From the NCBI GenBank assembly GCA_965221635.1, contig OZ244902.1, positions 1 to 64,000 on the forward strand: a stretch of 64,000 nucleotides of DNA, in the 5' to 3' direction. The notes below the pieces were generated by a model that saw only the letters and a program-made list of their open reading frames with translations, was not told the DNA's origin and searched no databases. The translations under genes were made by a program, and so were the position numbers. Below are positions 20,001 through 32,610 of the stretch, one piece after another. The DNA comes from Candidatus Aldehydirespiratoraceae bacterium (lineage in GTDB: Bacteria > Actinomycetota > Acidimicrobiia > Acidimicrobiales > Aldehydirespiratoraceae). Within the stretch, counting starts at the first letter, position 1. Each line of letters starts with the position of its first letter.

Positions 20001-20950
20001 GGTTCTGTGAAGAGGTCGTGGGCGCTTTCGCCTGCGGGGGTGCGGGTGAGGATCTCGGCGCCGTCGGAGGTGCAACTGAGAGTGTGCTCGAACTGGGCGC
20101 TGCGACGGCCGTCGATCGTGACCGCGGTCCACTCGTCGTCCCACAACCTGGGCCGTGCCGAGCCCAAGGTGAGCATCGGCTCGATAGTGAAGGTCATGGC
20201 CTCCACAAGGCGGATTGTGGCCGCCTTGTCGTAGTAGTGGGGGATCTGCAACCCGGAATGGAACTCGGTGCCCACCCCGTGGCCGATGAACTCCCTCACC
20301 ACACCAAGACGGGCCTTGGCGGCGTGCATTTCGATGGCGCGACCAATGGCGTTCACCGGCTCACCGGCGCGCACTGCGTCGATGCCGGCGAACAACGCAC
20401 GGCGGGTGTGCTCCACCAGATGGCGCGAGTGCTGGTCGACGTCTCCAACCATGAGCGTCACCGACGTGTCCCCGTGTACCCCTTCGCGGTAGACGGTGAC
20501 ATCCACGTTCACTATGTCTCCATCCTCCAAACGCCGCGAATCGGGTATGCCATGACATATAACTTCGTTCACTGAGGTACACACGGACTTGGGGTAGCCT
20601 CTGTAGCCGAGCGGGCTCGGGTAGGCATCCGCGGCGATGGCGGCGTCGTGAACGAAACGATCGATCGCGTCGGTGGCGATGCCCACCCGCACCTGACGGC
20701 AAGCCCCGATGAGGATCTCGGCGGCGAGCGCCCCGGTGCGGCGCATGGCGGCCAGTTCGGCTTCGCTGCGCACAGACGACGATCTCGGCGGCCCGGGTTC
20801 TCCGTCGGGTCGACCCACATATGGGGGACGGCGGATGCCGCTGGGAACGCCACGACGGGGGCTGAGCAGTCCGGGGCGCACCGGCGGCCACGACACGTCA
20901 ACACGGGCGGCGCCCGCGGGAGTGACGGTTCTTCGTTTGCGTTTGGCCAT
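19991..20950 (-). CDS. map: Methionine aminopeptidase type I (type Ic with N-terminal extension)
   Basis: Metal-binding residues in the expected context (VCHGIP, DIVNVDVT, HGD, EPM). ATG verified at 20950. The upstream ORF-track start at 21064 is rejected. Confidence 0.9.
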   Translation of the reverse strand: MAKRKRRTVTPAGAARVDVSWPPVRPGLLSPRRGVPSGIRRPPYVGRPDGEPGPPRSSSVRSEAELAAMRRTGALAAEILIGACRQVRVGIATDAIDRFVHDAAIAADAYPSPLGYRGYPKSVCTSVNEVICHGIPDSRRLEDGDIVNVDVTVYREGVHGDTSVTLMVGDVDQHSRHLVEHTRRALFAGIDAVRAGEPVNAIGRAIEMHAAKARLGVVREFIGHGVGTEFHSGLQIPHYYDKAATIRLVEAMTFTIEPMLTLGSARPRLWDDEWTAVTIDGRRSAQFEHTLSCTSDGAEILTRTPAGESAHDLFTEPLT

Positions 20951-21029
20951 CACGTCAACGCCCGGCGAGGTGGCAGCGACACGTGGGAGCGAGAACAGGT
21001 GACTCTTGGAGGCGCTGGTTCGGGTGCCG

Positions 21030-21491
21030 TCAGCGCATGTAGCGCACGACAAGTTCGGCCACACAAGCCGGTTTGGATTTGCCGTCTATCTCTATGGTCA
21101 CCGTGATCACCGCCTGAACCCCGGCGCCCGCGGCGATCTGCTCCGCGGAGGTGAGCGTGGCCGACGCACGGATTTGGGATCCCACGGTGACCGGATGCGG
21201 GAAGCGCACCCGGTTCACGCCGTAGTTGATGCCCATGGAGACGCCGTCCACGCGCAGCACCTGGGGCAACATGCAACTCACCAACGAAAGCGTGAGATAA
21301 CCGTGCGCGATCGTGGCGCCGAAGGGCCCCGCCGCGGCACGTTCTGCATCGATGTGGATCCACTGGTGATCGCCGGTGGCGTCCGCGAACAAGTTGATCC
21401 GGTCTTGTTCCACGGCGAGCCAGTCGCTGTGGCCAAGGTCACGGCCCACGGATTCGAGCACTTCGTCGAGGTTGGCGAAAACGGTTGTCAT
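21030..21491 (-). CDS. MaoC-like (R)-hydratase / hot-dog fold protein
   Basis: Hot-dog hydratase motif DHQWIHIDAERAAAGPFGATIAHG. ATG at 21491. The upstream ORF-track start at 21725 is rejected. Confidence 0.8.
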   Translation of the reverse strand: MTTVFANLDEVLESVGRDLGHSDWLAVEQDRINLFADATGDHQWIHIDAERAAAGPFGATIAHGYLTLSLVSCMLPQVLRVDGVSMGINYGVNRVRFPHPVTVGSQIRASATLTSAEQIAAGAGVQAVITVTIEIDGKSKPACVAELVVRYMR

Positions 21492-21684
21492 GGGCCGCGA
21501 CGCTAGCGTGGGCTCCTGTCGCCTCGCGACGCCTTGCCACCACCGGCGCCGACCCGCCGGCCACCACCGACACGGCCCGCGGGCCGCATCCGATCCGCAC
21601 GGCCGGCGGTGGGCGACCCGTTGGTGGGCAGGCCCGCTGTGCCGGTGTGTGCGGCCACGGTTTCTGCAACACACTGGGAGCACG

Positions 21685-22398
21685 ATGCAACACAATCCGG
21701 CGCCGTTGAAACTGCACTTCACCACGGTGGGCAGCGGGCCTGCGGTGCTGTTGGTTCACGGAATGGCCGACGACTCGTCGGTGTGGGATGCCACGGTGGC
21801 CGCCGCGGGACCGAACCTGGCGTGTACCACGGTTGACCTGCCCGGGCACGGCCGCTCCCCCACACCCTCCGAGGAGGCCGCCTACCGGCGGGAGGCCGTG
21901 TTGGATGCTCTCGACGGTGTGCTGGCGCAGATCGGCCCGGCGGTGATGGTGGGCCATTCGTTGGGCGGCTATCTGGCGTTGGTGCATCATCTCACGCGTC
22001 CGGGGGTGCTGCGAGGGTTGGTGCTGGTGTCCACAGGGCCGGGCTTTCGTGACGCCGAGGCGATGCAACGCTGGAACGACCGGGTTCATGCCAACACCCC
22101 CAACCTGGACATGGCGCCGGTGGCGGCCACCATCAGCCTGCACACCGATTCGCTTGTGATCGAACGGCTCAGCGAGGTGTCGATCCCGGTGGGGCTGGTG
22201 GTGGGAAGCGAGGATCGCAACTTCTTCGGCGCCAACGACTACATGGAAACCAAGCTCTCCGACGTGCGTCGCGTCACCGTGGAGGGTGGGCGTCACCGGG
22301 TAATGCGCACCCATCCCGAACCGATCGCGGAGATGATCCACCAGGTGGTCGCCGCTTCGGAAAAACACGACCTTTCCAATCGCGGCGGGCGCGCCTAG
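21685..22398 (+). CDS. Alpha/beta hydrolase
   Basis: Nucleophile elbow GHSLGG with the HGMADD motif. ATG at 21685. Confidence 0.8.
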   Translation: MQHNPAPLKLHFTTVGSGPAVLLVHGMADDSSVWDATVAAAGPNLACTTVDLPGHGRSPTPSEEAAYRREAVLDALDGVLAQIGPAVMVGHSLGGYLALVHHLTRPGVLRGLVLVSTGPGFRDAEAMQRWNDRVHANTPNLDMAPVAATISLHTDSLVIERLSEVSIPVGLVVGSEDRNFFGANDYMETKLSDVRRVTVEGGRHRVMRTHPEPIAEMIHQVVAASEKHDLSNRGGRA

Positions 22399-22456
22399 TG
22401 TCACGCCACTTCTCGACGCCGGGAAGCCGGCACTTCATCAAGGAGGACTTGATCCC

Positions 22457-22858
22457 ATGACAACTGTGGCCAGCGACTTGGTCATCGAATTGAACAACGA
22501 ACCGGGAGAGCTGGCCAAGGTGGCCACCGCCATCAGCGACGCCGGGGTGAACATCGCCGCGGCTACCTGTTTCGGGGTGAGCCAAACCGCCGAATTGCAC
22601 ATCCTTGTTCCTCACAGCGAGCCGGTACACCGGGCGCTTGCCAACATTCACGGCCCCAGCGTCACCCGCGAGCGTGAGGTGGTGGTGGTGCAAGCCAAGG
22701 ACCGGCCCGGCGAGCTGGCCGAATTGGCTCACAAGGTGTCGAATGCGGGCATCAACCTCGACCTGGTGTACATCGCAACCAACTCCAGGGTGGTGCTCGG
22801 CTCCGAGAACATGGAAGCCCTAAAGGACGTGCTCGACGGGTTCTCGTTCTGGGACTGA
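22457..22858 (+). CDS. Tandem ACT-domain protein
   Basis: Two ACT-like halves (LVIELNNEPGELAKV and VVVVQAKDRPGELAEL). Confidence 0.75.
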   Translation: MTTVASDLVIELNNEPGELAKVATAISDAGVNIAAATCFGVSQTAELHILVPHSEPVHRALANIHGPSVTREREVVVVQAKDRPGELAELAHKVSNAGINLDLVYIATNSRVVLGSENMEALKDVLDGFSFWD

Positions 22859-22865
22859 GTCCCTC

Positions 22866-22960
22866 GGCCTGAGACACTCCGGCTGAGACACCCCAGCTTC
22901 GGGCTGAGACACCCGGGCTGAGACACCCGGGCTGAGACACCCGGGCTGAGCGCTTCGGGC
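22866..22960. repeat. 14-bp tandem repeat gggctgagacaccc, about 6 copies
   Basis: Read in the convergent intergenic region between the ACT gene and the SulP stop. Confidence 0.8.
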
Positions 22961-23023
22961 TCGACCCGCACACGCAGAGGCCTCACCAAATCTGCATTCA
23001 CCCGGGGCCGCCGGGGCCGCGGG

Positions 23024-24559
23024 TCAGGCGATGTAGTCGCGCAGTTCGATCAGCACCGCCCTCGAGGCGTTGTCGGGGATCGACACCACCCGCACCTGAA
23101 CGTCGGGCGGCACCCGCTCGTTGAGCACGCGATGCAGCCCCGCCGCGCCCGAGTAGTCGAGGCGGCCGACATTGCCGAGGTCGATCACCACCTGGTCGAT
23201 TTGGAGGTAACCGGCGAGCTCCTCACGCATGAGGCGCTCAACCTGGGTGACGGTGGCGAACCACATCACGCCGTGAGGGCGGATGGTGAGGGTTCCGTCG
23301 CTTCGTTCGGTGTCGATGGTCACGAACAGCTCGCGCCACAGGTGTACCGCCACGGCCAGGGCCAGGCCCACGAGCAGGCCGCGTTCCACCCTGGGGGCGA
23401 ACAGCAACGTGGCGAAGGTGGTGCCTGCGCCCACCACGGCCTGAGGAAACGACCGGCGCAGCATGTGGATCATGTGGGGCACCTTCACCAGGCCCGACAC
23501 CACCACGATCACAACTGCGCCCAGCACCGCAAGGGGAAGGTTCTCCAGCAACGGCGCCAGCGGCAGCACGGCCAGCACGACAATGCCGGTGACGGCGCCC
23601 GACCACGCGGTGGCCGCCCCCGCGGCGCGGTTCAGGGAGCTGCGCGAGAACGAACCCCCCACCGGGAACGCTCCCGCCACACCCGAGGCCAGGTTGGCCA
23701 CGCCCTGGCTGATCATCTCCCGGTCGGCGTTCCAGGCAAGGCGGTCGGCGGCGGCGAACTGGCGGCTCACCGAGGCGGCCTCGGCGAACCCGGCAAGGGC
23801 GATCACCGCGGCGGGGAGCAGCAGGCTGGGCGCCTCACCCCAACGAAAGTCCAGGTGAAGGTTCACGAAGCCGCCGTCGATGTCGCCGACCACCGCACCG
23901 GAGTATCCGAACGTTGAGACAACGATCACCCCGCCGATCACCGCAACGAGAACCCCCGGGAACAGGTGGTGGATCCACTTGCCGCCCAGCATCAACACCA
24001 CGGTCACCGCGGCGAACGCCACCGAGGCCCAGTTCCATTCCTCGCTGCGCGTCACGGCCCATAGGGCGCCTTCGAGCACGCTGCGGTCGCCGATGTCCAC
24101 GTCCACAATTCGGGGAAGCTGCGACGAGATGATCAACGCCGCCGCGGCCGCGGTGAACCCCACCGTGACCGTCTCCGACAGCAGGTACGCCACCCGACCG
24201 AGGCGCAGCACCCCCAACAGCACCCTGATGATTCCCACCATCACCGCGAGGAGTGCGGCCAGCTCGATGTAGGCGGTCATGTCGGCTTCGGGGTCCACCA
24301 CCACCGACAACGCCCCGAAGCTGAGCAGCGAGGTGAGCGCCACCGGCCCGGTTTGCAGATAGCGCGACGACACAAACGCCGCGGCCAGCAACGACGGAAG
24401 CGCCACCGCGTACAGGCCGTACTTGGCGGGAAGGCCGGCCAGCTCGGCGTAGGCCAGGGCCTGGGGTATCGCCACGAACGCAACCGACAGTCCGGCCAGA
24501 ACGTCGCCGGTTTGGGGTGGGGCGAAGTTCTTGCCGGTGAGCGAACGCAAAAGGGCCAA
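23024..24559 (-). CDS. SulP-family anion transporter with C-terminal STAS domain
   Basis: The motif AGLSVAFVAIPQALAYAELAGLP is a SulP signature. The protein has many TM helices and a C-terminal STAS-like domain. Confidence 0.9.
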   Translation of the reverse strand: MALLRSLTGKNFAPPQTGDVLAGLSVAFVAIPQALAYAELAGLPAKYGLYAVALPSLLAAAFVSSRYLQTGPVALTSLLSFGALSVVVDPEADMTAYIELAALLAVMVGIIRVLLGVLRLGRVAYLLSETVTVGFTAAAAALIISSQLPRIVDVDIGDRSVLEGALWAVTRSEEWNWASVAFAAVTVVLMLGGKWIHHLFPGVLVAVIGGVIVVSTFGYSGAVVGDIDGGFVNLHLDFRWGEAPSLLLPAAVIALAGFAEAASVSRQFAAADRLAWNADREMISQGVANLASGVAGAFPVGGSFSRSSLNRAAGAATAWSGAVTGIVVLAVLPLAPLLENLPLAVLGAVVIVVVSGLVKVPHMIHMLRRSFPQAVVGAGTTFATLLFAPRVERGLLVGLALAVAVHLWRELFVTIDTERSDGTLTIRPHGVMWFATVTQVERLMREELAGYLQIDQVVIDLGNVGRLDYSGAAGLHRVLNERVPPDVQVRVVSIPDNASRAVLIELRDYIA

Positions 24560-24677
24560 GAGCTTCAGGTTAGAAGCGCGACCCTGCGTTGACCGGCGCG
24601 TGTTGGCGGATCATCGCTCCCGGTGTGTGGCGAGGGTCGTCTTGACCGGCGCGTGTGTACCAATACGGTTGGGTTTC

Positions 24678-25097
24678 GTGAACTCGGGTGACGGCGCCGG
24701 GGCCGGGGTGGTGGAACCGGCTGCCGATGTGGTGACCAGCGACTGGGTGAGGTGGCTCGACCGGTGTCTCGACGCAAACCCGGTGGACGCCGACGCGGAG
24801 CCTCTTGTGGTGCAGCACAGGGTTGACGAGGGTGACGGGTCGGAGTTCTGCTGGTACGTGCGTATCGGCGACGGGCGCGCCCGGGCGTGTGAAGGCGTGG
24901 CGCCGCCTTGTGAGTCGATGGTGACGTTCAGCTGTGACCGTGCCACCGCGGTTGCCATAGCCGACGCCAAGGAGTCACCTCAGCGGGCCTTTCTGGAGGG
25001 CCGTCTCCGGCTCAGCGGTGACGTGCGACTGCTGATCGCGGCCCGCCCCGTTTTGCGAACCCTGCGACTCGCCGGAGACGACGACTCAACCGACTGA
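24678..25097 (+). CDS. SCP2 sterol-binding domain protein (start uncertain)
   Basis: C-terminal FLEGRLRLSGDVRLLIAARPVL is SCP2-like. The start is set at GTG 24678. The ORF-track start at 24531 overlaps the SulP gene. Confidence 0.5.
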   Translation: MNSGDGAGAGVVEPAADVVTSDWVRWLDRCLDANPVDADAEPLVVQHRVDEGDGSEFCWYVRIGDGRARACEGVAPPCESMVTFSCDRATAVAIADAKESPQRAFLEGRLRLSGDVRLLIAARPVLRTLRLAGDDDSTD

Positions 25098-25211
25098 CCT
25101 CTTGATCCGACCGACCATTTGGCCTGGGTGACTTGTCGGGGCGCCGGCATGGCGGGGCGCGCTTTTGGGACGCTTTGAGGTTGCGCCTCGGGGTGTGGGG
25201 CGGGGCGCTGC

Positions 25212-26081
25212 TCAGCGCAGGAATCGGCTGGTGGTGTTGTCGGCGAGAATCTTGCCCCCGGTTTGACAGGAGGCGCAGTAGGCCACCGTGTAGCGGCGGT
25301 ACTCCACCGCTCGGATCTCGTCACCGCAAGTGCGGCACGGCCGCCCGACTCTGTGGTGAACGTCGTTGGGCCGGTCCTGTGATCGTCCCATGTCGTCTCT
25401 GAGGCGTTCCGCGGCGAGGCCCCTGGCGATGCACTGCTTGATCGCGGCGTGCAGGCGGCCGATCGCGTCGTCGTCGAGGTGTGCGGTGCCGGCGAAGGGT
25501 GAAATGCGCGCCGTGTGACAGATCTCGTTGGCCAGCAGGCGCCCCATGCCTGCGAGGTTCCCTTGGCGCCGGAGGAAGCCGTGGACTCGTTCGTTGCCGG
25601 CCCGCAGCAGCTCGGCAAGTTCGTGGACGCTCACCGTGTCGGCGTCGGGTCCGAGCCCGGCGACCGGTTGGACCGTTTCGGGATCCGTGGCGATCAGCCA
25701 CACCCCGGCGCGTTTTTCGGTGCCGGCTTCGGTGAGCAGCAGGGCCGGGCCTTCGCTGAAGGTCCAGCGGGCCATGGCGTTGCGGGGCTTGCGGCTCTTG
25801 GTTTCGTCGGGGCGCAGGCGGCCGCCTTTCATCAGATGCACCACGAAAGTGAGGCGCTGCGGCGCGGCGTCACCGGGGCCTTCGGGCGGGTCGAAGTGCA
25901 GGTACAGGAACTTGCCGCGGTGCCCGGTGGCGCTCAGCGCCCGGCCTGCGGCTTGCTGCGGTGGCGGATCGAACGTCTTGAGCGCGGTCATGTGCAGCGG
26001 CGTGAACCGCTCCAGGGTGACGCCCCCGAAGGCGTCCGCCAGGCGTTCGGCGTGGGCTGCTATCTCGGGCAGTTCAGGCAC
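25212..26081 (-). CDS. Fpg/Nei family DNA glycosylase
   Basis: N-terminal MPELPEI with catalytic P2 and E3, and a C-terminal CxxC...CxxC zinc finger (CRTCGDEI...CASCQ). Confidence 0.85.
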   Translation of the reverse strand: MPELPEIAAHAERLADAFGGVTLERFTPLHMTALKTFDPPPQQAAGRALSATGHRGKFLYLHFDPPEGPGDAAPQRLTFVVHLMKGGRLRPDETKSRKPRNAMARWTFSEGPALLLTEAGTEKRAGVWLIATDPETVQPVAGLGPDADTVSVHELAELLRAGNERVHGFLRRQGNLAGMGRLLANEICHTARISPFAGTAHLDDDAIGRLHAAIKQCIARGLAAERLRDDMGRSQDRPNDVHHRVGRPCRTCGDEIRAVEYRRYTVAYCASCQTGGKILADNTTSRFLR

Positions 26082-26233
26082 AGCGGTGCGCGCTTGGCTT
26101 GGCCCCCGAAGGGATCGCCGGCCCCACGGTGCCGGGGCCGCAAGCGGTTGACGCTGCCGGGCGGTGCGACGGTTGGCGCATCATCGGATGCCCCCACGCC
26201 CGGCCCGGCTGCGGTGTCAGGAACCCTGCGGTG

Positions 26234-27301
26234 TCAGGAACCCAAGAGGCCCAACTCGGCGACGGTTCGGCGTTCGTCGGCGAGTTCGGCCACCGAGGCG
26301 TCGATCCGGGCCCTGGAGAAGTCGTCGATTTCCAGGCCGGTCACGATGGAGTAGTCACCGCCGGAACAGGTCACCGGGAACGACGAGATGAGCCCTTCGG
26401 GAACGCCGTAGCTGCCGTCGGAGGGCACAGCCATCGAAACCCAGTCCCCTGCCGGGGTGCCCAGCATCCAGTCGCGAACGTGGCCGATGGCGGCGTTGGC
26501 GGCCGAAGCCGCGGACGATGCTCCCCTGGCGTTGATGATCGCGGCGCCGCGTTGTTGAACGGTGCCGATGAAGTGCCCGGCCACCCAGTCCGGGTCATCC
26601 AAGGCGTCGAGCGCCGCTCTGCCCCACACCCGGCAATGCGACAGGTCGGGGTACTGCGTGGCGGAGTGATTGCCCCAGATCGTCATCTGGGTCACGTCTG
26701 CCACGGTTGCTCCAAGCCGGGCCGCGAGTTGCGCCTTGGCCCTGTTGTGATCGAGTCGGGTCATGGCGGTGAAGCGCTCCCGAGGGATTGCGGGCGCGTT
26801 GTTCATCGCGATCAGGCAGTTGGTGTTGGCCGGGTTGCCCACCACCAGAACCCTCACGTCCTGCGCGGCCCCCTCGGCCAGGGCCCGGCCCTGGGCGGTG
26901 AAGATGGCGCCGTTGGCTTCGAGCAGGTCGCTGCGTTCCATTCCCTTGGTGCGGGGGCGTGATCCGATCAGCATGGCGATGTTCACATCCGAGAACGCCT
27001 CGTTGGGGTTGTCGCTGAGGGTCACGCCGGCAAGCAGCTCGAAGGCGCAGTCGTCGAGTTCCATGGCCACACCCTCCAGGGCGCCCATGGCGGGCGGGAT
27101 CTCCAGGAGTTGCAGGATCACCGGCTGGTTCGCGCCGAGCATTTCGCCCGACGCGATGCGAAACAGCAGCGCATATCCGATCTGACCGGCCGCGCCGGTC
27201 ACCGCCACCCGCACCGGTGCGCGCCCACCACCGGGATCTGCTTCGGCGACGGGGCGGGGACTTGGCGCGGCGGGATCAGCAGAAGTTGACATGGCCGCCA
27301 C
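26234..27301 (-). CDS. mdh: Malate dehydrogenase (LDH-like/cytosolic type)
   Basis: Motifs [27 protein letters not shown] and [10 protein letters not shown]. Confidence 0.9.
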   Translation of the reverse strand: MAAMSTSADPAAPSPRPVAEADPGGGRAPVRVAVTGAAGQIGYALLFRIASGEMLGANQPVILQLLEIPPAMGALEGVAMELDDCAFELLAGVTLSDNPNEAFSDVNIAMLIGSRPRTKGMERSDLLEANGAIFTAQGRALAEGAAQDVRVLVVGNPANTNCLIAMNNAPAIPRERFTAMTRLDHNRAKAQLAARLGATVADVTQMTIWGNHSATQYPDLSHCRVWGRAALDALDDPDWVAGHFIGTVQQRGAAIINARGASSAASAANAAIGHVRDWMLGTPAGDWVSMAVPSDGSYGVPEGLISSFPVTCSGGDYSIVTGLEIDDFSRARIDASVAELADERRTVAELGLLGS

Positions 27302-27398
27302 GGTAATGGCCGGTCGCGGCGGTGCCGGCGTTGCGTCGTGGCTGTGGATCAGGGCGAACGAACCAGCAGCCCGCCGGGTGCCGAAGGTGCCGGTGATC

Positions 27399-29336
27399 TC
27401 AGCGCGTTGTTGCGCTCACCGCGCCGATCCAGGACTGGTGCAGGCGGGCGTAGGCGCCCCCGGCGGCCACCAGTTCGTCGTGCGGACCGGTTTCGATGAT
27501 GCGACCCCGGTCGAACACCAGCACCACGTCGGCACGCTCGGCGGTGCTGAGCCGGTGCGCCACCGAGATGGTTGTGCGACCCTCGGCCACACGCGCCAGC
27601 GCCACCGCCAGGGCTTGTTCGGTTTCGGGATCCACAGCGGAGGTGGCCTCGTCGAGAACCAGCAGTCCGGGGTCGCTCACCTGGGCGCGGATCAGCGCCA
27701 CAAGTTGGCGCTCCCCCACCGAGAGGCGCCCGCCGCGTTCGCCCACCTGTGTGTGTACCCCTTGGGGCAGGCGTGCAATCCAGGCGCCCAAACCGAGCGT
27801 GTCCACGGCTGCGGCCACGTCTTGGGGGGTGGCTCCGGGGCGGCCGAAGCGAATGTTGTCCTCGATGGTGGCGTCAAAGAGGAACCCGTCCTGGGGAACC
27901 ATTCGCACGCCCTTGCGCCGCGACTGCGGGTCAACTTGGCGCAGGTCGATGCCGCCCACGTGCACCACGCCGGCGGTGGGGTCGGTGAGGCGGGTCACCA
28001 GGCGCGCGAAGGTGGTTTTGCCCGATCCGGTTTCGCCCACCACGGCCACGTTCGAGTTGGCCTCGATCGAAACGTCGATGTCGCGCAGCACCGGCGGACC
28101 GCTGCGATAGGCGAAGTCGACTCCCGCCAAGGTCACCGCCAGCGGGCCCTCGGGAAGCCACAGGCCGGTGCCCGACTCGGGTTCGGGCACATCGGCGGGC
28201 AGGTCGAGCACCTGCAGGATCTTCCACCACCCCGCCAGGGCTGTTTGGGTTTGATCCATCACGTCGCCGATCTCAGCGATCGGGTTCAGCAGCAGCCGCA
28301 CCAAGAACACGAACGCCACCAGTTCGCCCACGGCCAGGTTGAGGTCCGCCACCTGCCACACGCCCACCACCACGGCCGTCGCCAACGCCAGCGACGACAC
28401 CAGATCCACCACCGGCATCAGGATCGAGAACCAAATGTGCGCTCTGAGCTGCGCCTGGTACTGCCGGTCGATCGCGTCGTCGAGGCGGTTGCGCACCGGT
28501 TCGGCGTAACCGTATGAGCGGATCACCGCGGCCCCGGTGACCGTTTCGCTGATGTGGCCCATTGTGTCGGCCACCCGGTCGCGCACCCTGCCGTACGCCA
28601 CGAACTGGTGGCGTTGAATCCAGCGCAAAAACGGCACCAACGGCACGTACACCACGATCACCAGCAGCGTCAGCTGCCAGCTGTAGAAGGCCATCACTGC
28701 CAGCGTGGAGATCACCAGGGTTGAGTTCACGATCCAGGCAATGGCGCCCCACTGGGTGAAACGGGCCAGGGTTTCCACGTCGCTGGTGACCCGGGCCACC
28801 AGCACACCACGGCGGGCTTCGCTGTGTGACACCAGGCTCAGGCGGTGGATGTGCTCAAAGGCACGCACCCGCAAACCCAGCAGCACCGCCTCCGCGGTGT
28901 TCACCAGGCGGATGTAGGCGGCCCTGCCCACGAATGCCACCGTGACGGTCACCACCAACGCCGCCGAGCACAGCACCAATACCACGCCGGGTCGGTAGCC
29001 GGCGGTGCCCACCACGCCCCGGTCGAGCACCTGCTGGATCAGTATCGGCACCACCAGCCGACCCACCGCCACGCCGATCGCCATGGATGCCGTGCCCAAC
29101 AATCCTCGTCGCAGCTCGGGGCTCACCTGCAGCCCGCGGCGCAGCACCGTCAACAAGCCGACCTGCTCGCCGTCGTCGAGGTGGTCGCCGTTGCCGAGAT
29201 CGTCGCCCTGGCCGAGGTCGCCCGGATCGCCGGTCTTGCCGTTATCAACGAGCTTGCTGGTGTTGTCGGCGCGGCCGAGGTTCTCGGCTTGGCTGCCGTC
29301 GTCGCCTTGGCTTGTGGGGTCGTTGTCGGTGGTCAC
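27399..29336 (-). CDS. ABC exporter, fused permease/ATP-binding subunit
   Basis: Six-TM domain plus an NBD ([34 protein letters not shown]). GTG start. It overlaps its partner by 4 bp. The N-terminal 65 aa D/G-rich extension may be an over-call. Confidence 0.85.
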   Translation of the reverse strand: MTTDNDPTSQGDDGSQAENLGRADNTSKLVDNGKTGDPGDLGQGDDLGNGDHLDDGEQVGLLTVLRRGLQVSPELRRGLLGTASMAIGVAVGRLVVPILIQQVLDRGVVGTAGYRPGVVLVLCSAALVVTVTVAFVGRAAYIRLVNTAEAVLLGLRVRAFEHIHRLSLVSHSEARRGVLVARVTSDVETLARFTQWGAIAWIVNSTLVISTLAVMAFYSWQLTLLVIVVYVPLVPFLRWIQRHQFVAYGRVRDRVADTMGHISETVTGAAVIRSYGYAEPVRNRLDDAIDRQYQAQLRAHIWFSILMPVVDLVSSLALATAVVVGVWQVADLNLAVGELVAFVFLVRLLLNPIAEIGDVMDQTQTALAGWWKILQVLDLPADVPEPESGTGLWLPEGPLAVTLAGVDFAYRSGPPVLRDIDVSIEANSNVAVVGETGSGKTTFARLVTRLTDPTAGVVHVGGIDLRQVDPQSRRKGVRMVPQDGFLFDATIEDNIRFGRPGATPQDVAAAVDTLGLGAWIARLPQGVHTQVGERGGRLSVGERQLVALIRAQVSDPGLLVLDEATSAVDPETEQALAVALARVAEGRTTISVAHRLSTAERADVVLVFDRGRIIETGPHDELVAAGGAYARLHQSWIGAVSATTR

Positions 29337-31228
29337 GATGTTGCCTCGGGCTGCGGGAGGCCGCCCGGCGCCTGGTCGCGCTCATAAGCGGTCACCAGCG
29401 ACCGGTAGTCGGCACGGGCGAGCAGCTCCTGGTGTGTTCCCACCGCGGCGATCCGCCCCGAGTCCAGGAACGCCACCCGGTCGGCGAGTTCGATGGTGGA
29501 CAGCCTGTGGGCCACCACCAGCGTTGTGGCGTGATGGCTGCGACGCAGATTGGCGAGAATCTCGGCTTCGACCACAGGATCCACCGCGCTGGTGGCGTCG
29601 TCGAGCATCAACAACCGAGGCGAGCGCACCAGGGCCCGCGCCAGGGCCACACGCTGACGCTGACCGCCCGAGAGGGTCACTCCCCTTTCGCCCACCACGG
29701 TGGCCGCGCCGTCGGCGAGTTCGGCCACGAAGGTGTCCGCTGCGGCGGTAACCAGCGCGGCGTGAACCTCGGCGCTCACCTCCGACGCGGCGGAGGGCCC
29801 AACCCCGGCAGCGTCGTTCACGAACTGCTGCGTGTGCGCCTCGGTGTGCCTGGCGTGCCGGGAGATCCCTTCGAGCGTTGTTGCGGCCTCGCGCAGGGTG
29901 ACGTTGTGGGTGACGGTGTCGGCGAACAGGAACGCCTCCTGGAACACCAGCGCCACCGTGTTGGTGAGTTCTGCGGGGTCGATCTCGCCGAGCGGCACGC
30001 CCCCGAGGTGAACGCTTCCGCCTTGGGTGTCGATCAGCCCGGCCACGGCTTCGAGCAGTGTGGTCTTGCCCGACCCGGTGGCGCCCACCAGCGCCACGGT
30101 CTCGGCTGGTTCCACGCTCAAGGTGACGTCGCTCAGCACCTGATGGTCGCCGTGAGCCACGGTGAGGTTCTCGATCCGCAGCGACAGTGGGCCCGTCGGG
30201 AGCCTTCGACGGCCCGACACCACCGGCGGGTCCACGGGCAGGTCGAGCACCGAGTCGACCCTCTCCAGTGACACCACCGATCGGGGCATCTCCTCCAGGA
30301 AGAAGCCGACGATGCGCAGCGGCATCGCCAGCATCGAGAACAGCGTGGCCGACAGCACCAGATCGCCCGGTGATGCCGATCCTCGTTCCACGAGCCAGGC
30401 GCCCACCAGCATCAGCGCGATGGTGCCCACCGTGGGCAGCATGTCGATCACCGGTTCGAAGGTGGCTCGCATGCGACCAACCCGGATGCGTTCGTCACGC
30501 AATCCTTGCGCGGCGAGGCGCAGCCGCTGCACCTCGTCACTCTCGCGACCGAGGGTCTTCACCACCACTGCGCCGTCGAAGCTCTCATGGGCCACCGAGG
30601 ACACCTCTCCAACCCGGCGTTGCACCTCAGCGGAGGGCGCCAGCACCCGCTTGGTGTACACCCTGCTGATCACCGCCAACGCCGGAAACAGCACCGCCGC
30701 GATCAACGCCAGCAGTGGATGCACCGTGAGCAGCACCGCCAGCGCCACGGCCACCATCAGCACCACGCTCACCGAGAAGGCCAACGGTTGCAGCACCATC
30801 GTGGCTGTTTCCAGGTCGGCGTCGGCGTGGGCGAGCAGCTCACCCGCGGGGCGCGCCCGGTGGAAGCTGAGCGGCAGGTCCACGTAGCGGTGCAGCAACC
30901 GGCGTCGCCAGTCGCGCTGGGTGCGAAGCGTGGCCATCACCAGAAACCAGCGGCGGGCCACCACCGACAAGCCGCTCGACAGCGAGATCGCCACCACCGC
31001 CGCGGCGCCGATTGCCAGCTCCTGGCGATCGACGGGGCCGTCGGTGGCGTCGAGGATTATCTCGTCGGTGACCCAGCCGAGAACCCAGGCGAATCCGATG
31101 GTGGCCAGCACGAAACCGAACGCTCCGGCCATGGCCGCGGCGTGAGGCCCCGGATGGGCGCGCAGCGACCTGAGGATGAGGCGTGCGCCCCGGCGGTAGA
31201 CGCTTTGGGTGGGCTTCGGGTCGCTCAC
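29333..31228 (-). CDS. ABC exporter, fused permease/ATP-binding subunit (partner)
   Basis: TMD plus NBD (GATGSGKTT, LSGGQRQRVALARAL, LMLDDATSAVD). It pairs with the adjacent gene as a heterodimer. Confidence 0.85.
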   Translation of the reverse strand: MSDPKPTQSVYRRGARLILRSLRAHPGPHAAAMAGAFGFVLATIGFAWVLGWVTDEIILDATDGPVDRQELAIGAAAVVAISLSSGLSVVARRWFLVMATLRTQRDWRRRLLHRYVDLPLSFHRARPAGELLAHADADLETATMVLQPLAFSVSVVLMVAVALAVLLTVHPLLALIAAVLFPALAVISRVYTKRVLAPSAEVQRRVGEVSSVAHESFDGAVVVKTLGRESDEVQRLRLAAQGLRDERIRVGRMRATFEPVIDMLPTVGTIALMLVGAWLVERGSASPGDLVLSATLFSMLAMPLRIVGFFLEEMPRSVVSLERVDSVLDLPVDPPVVSGRRRLPTGPLSLRIENLTVAHGDHQVLSDVTLSVEPAETVALVGATGSGKTTLLEAVAGLIDTQGGSVHLGGVPLGEIDPAELTNTVALVFQEAFLFADTVTHNVTLREAATTLEGISRHARHTEAHTQQFVNDAAGVGPSAASEVSAEVHAALVTAAADTFVAELADGAATVVGERGVTLSGGQRQRVALARALVRSPRLLMLDDATSAVDPVVEAEILANLRRSHHATTLVVAHRLSTIELADRVAFLDSGRIAAVGTHQELLARADYRSLVTAYERDQAPGGLPQPEATS

Positions 31229-31395
31229 TTTGGGCTCATCGATCTCTCACCGTGCGACAGTTGCACTTCGCGCCGCCGGGCCGCGGGGTGCGGCCCAGGC
31301 GCCTTGTGACGCAGTGGCCATGCCCAACCGGCGGACGTGTGCTACGGGCGGCCCGGTGCTACAGAGGTCTACAGTCCTGCAGAAGGCCCACCGGC

Positions 31396-32610
<1,215 letters not shown>

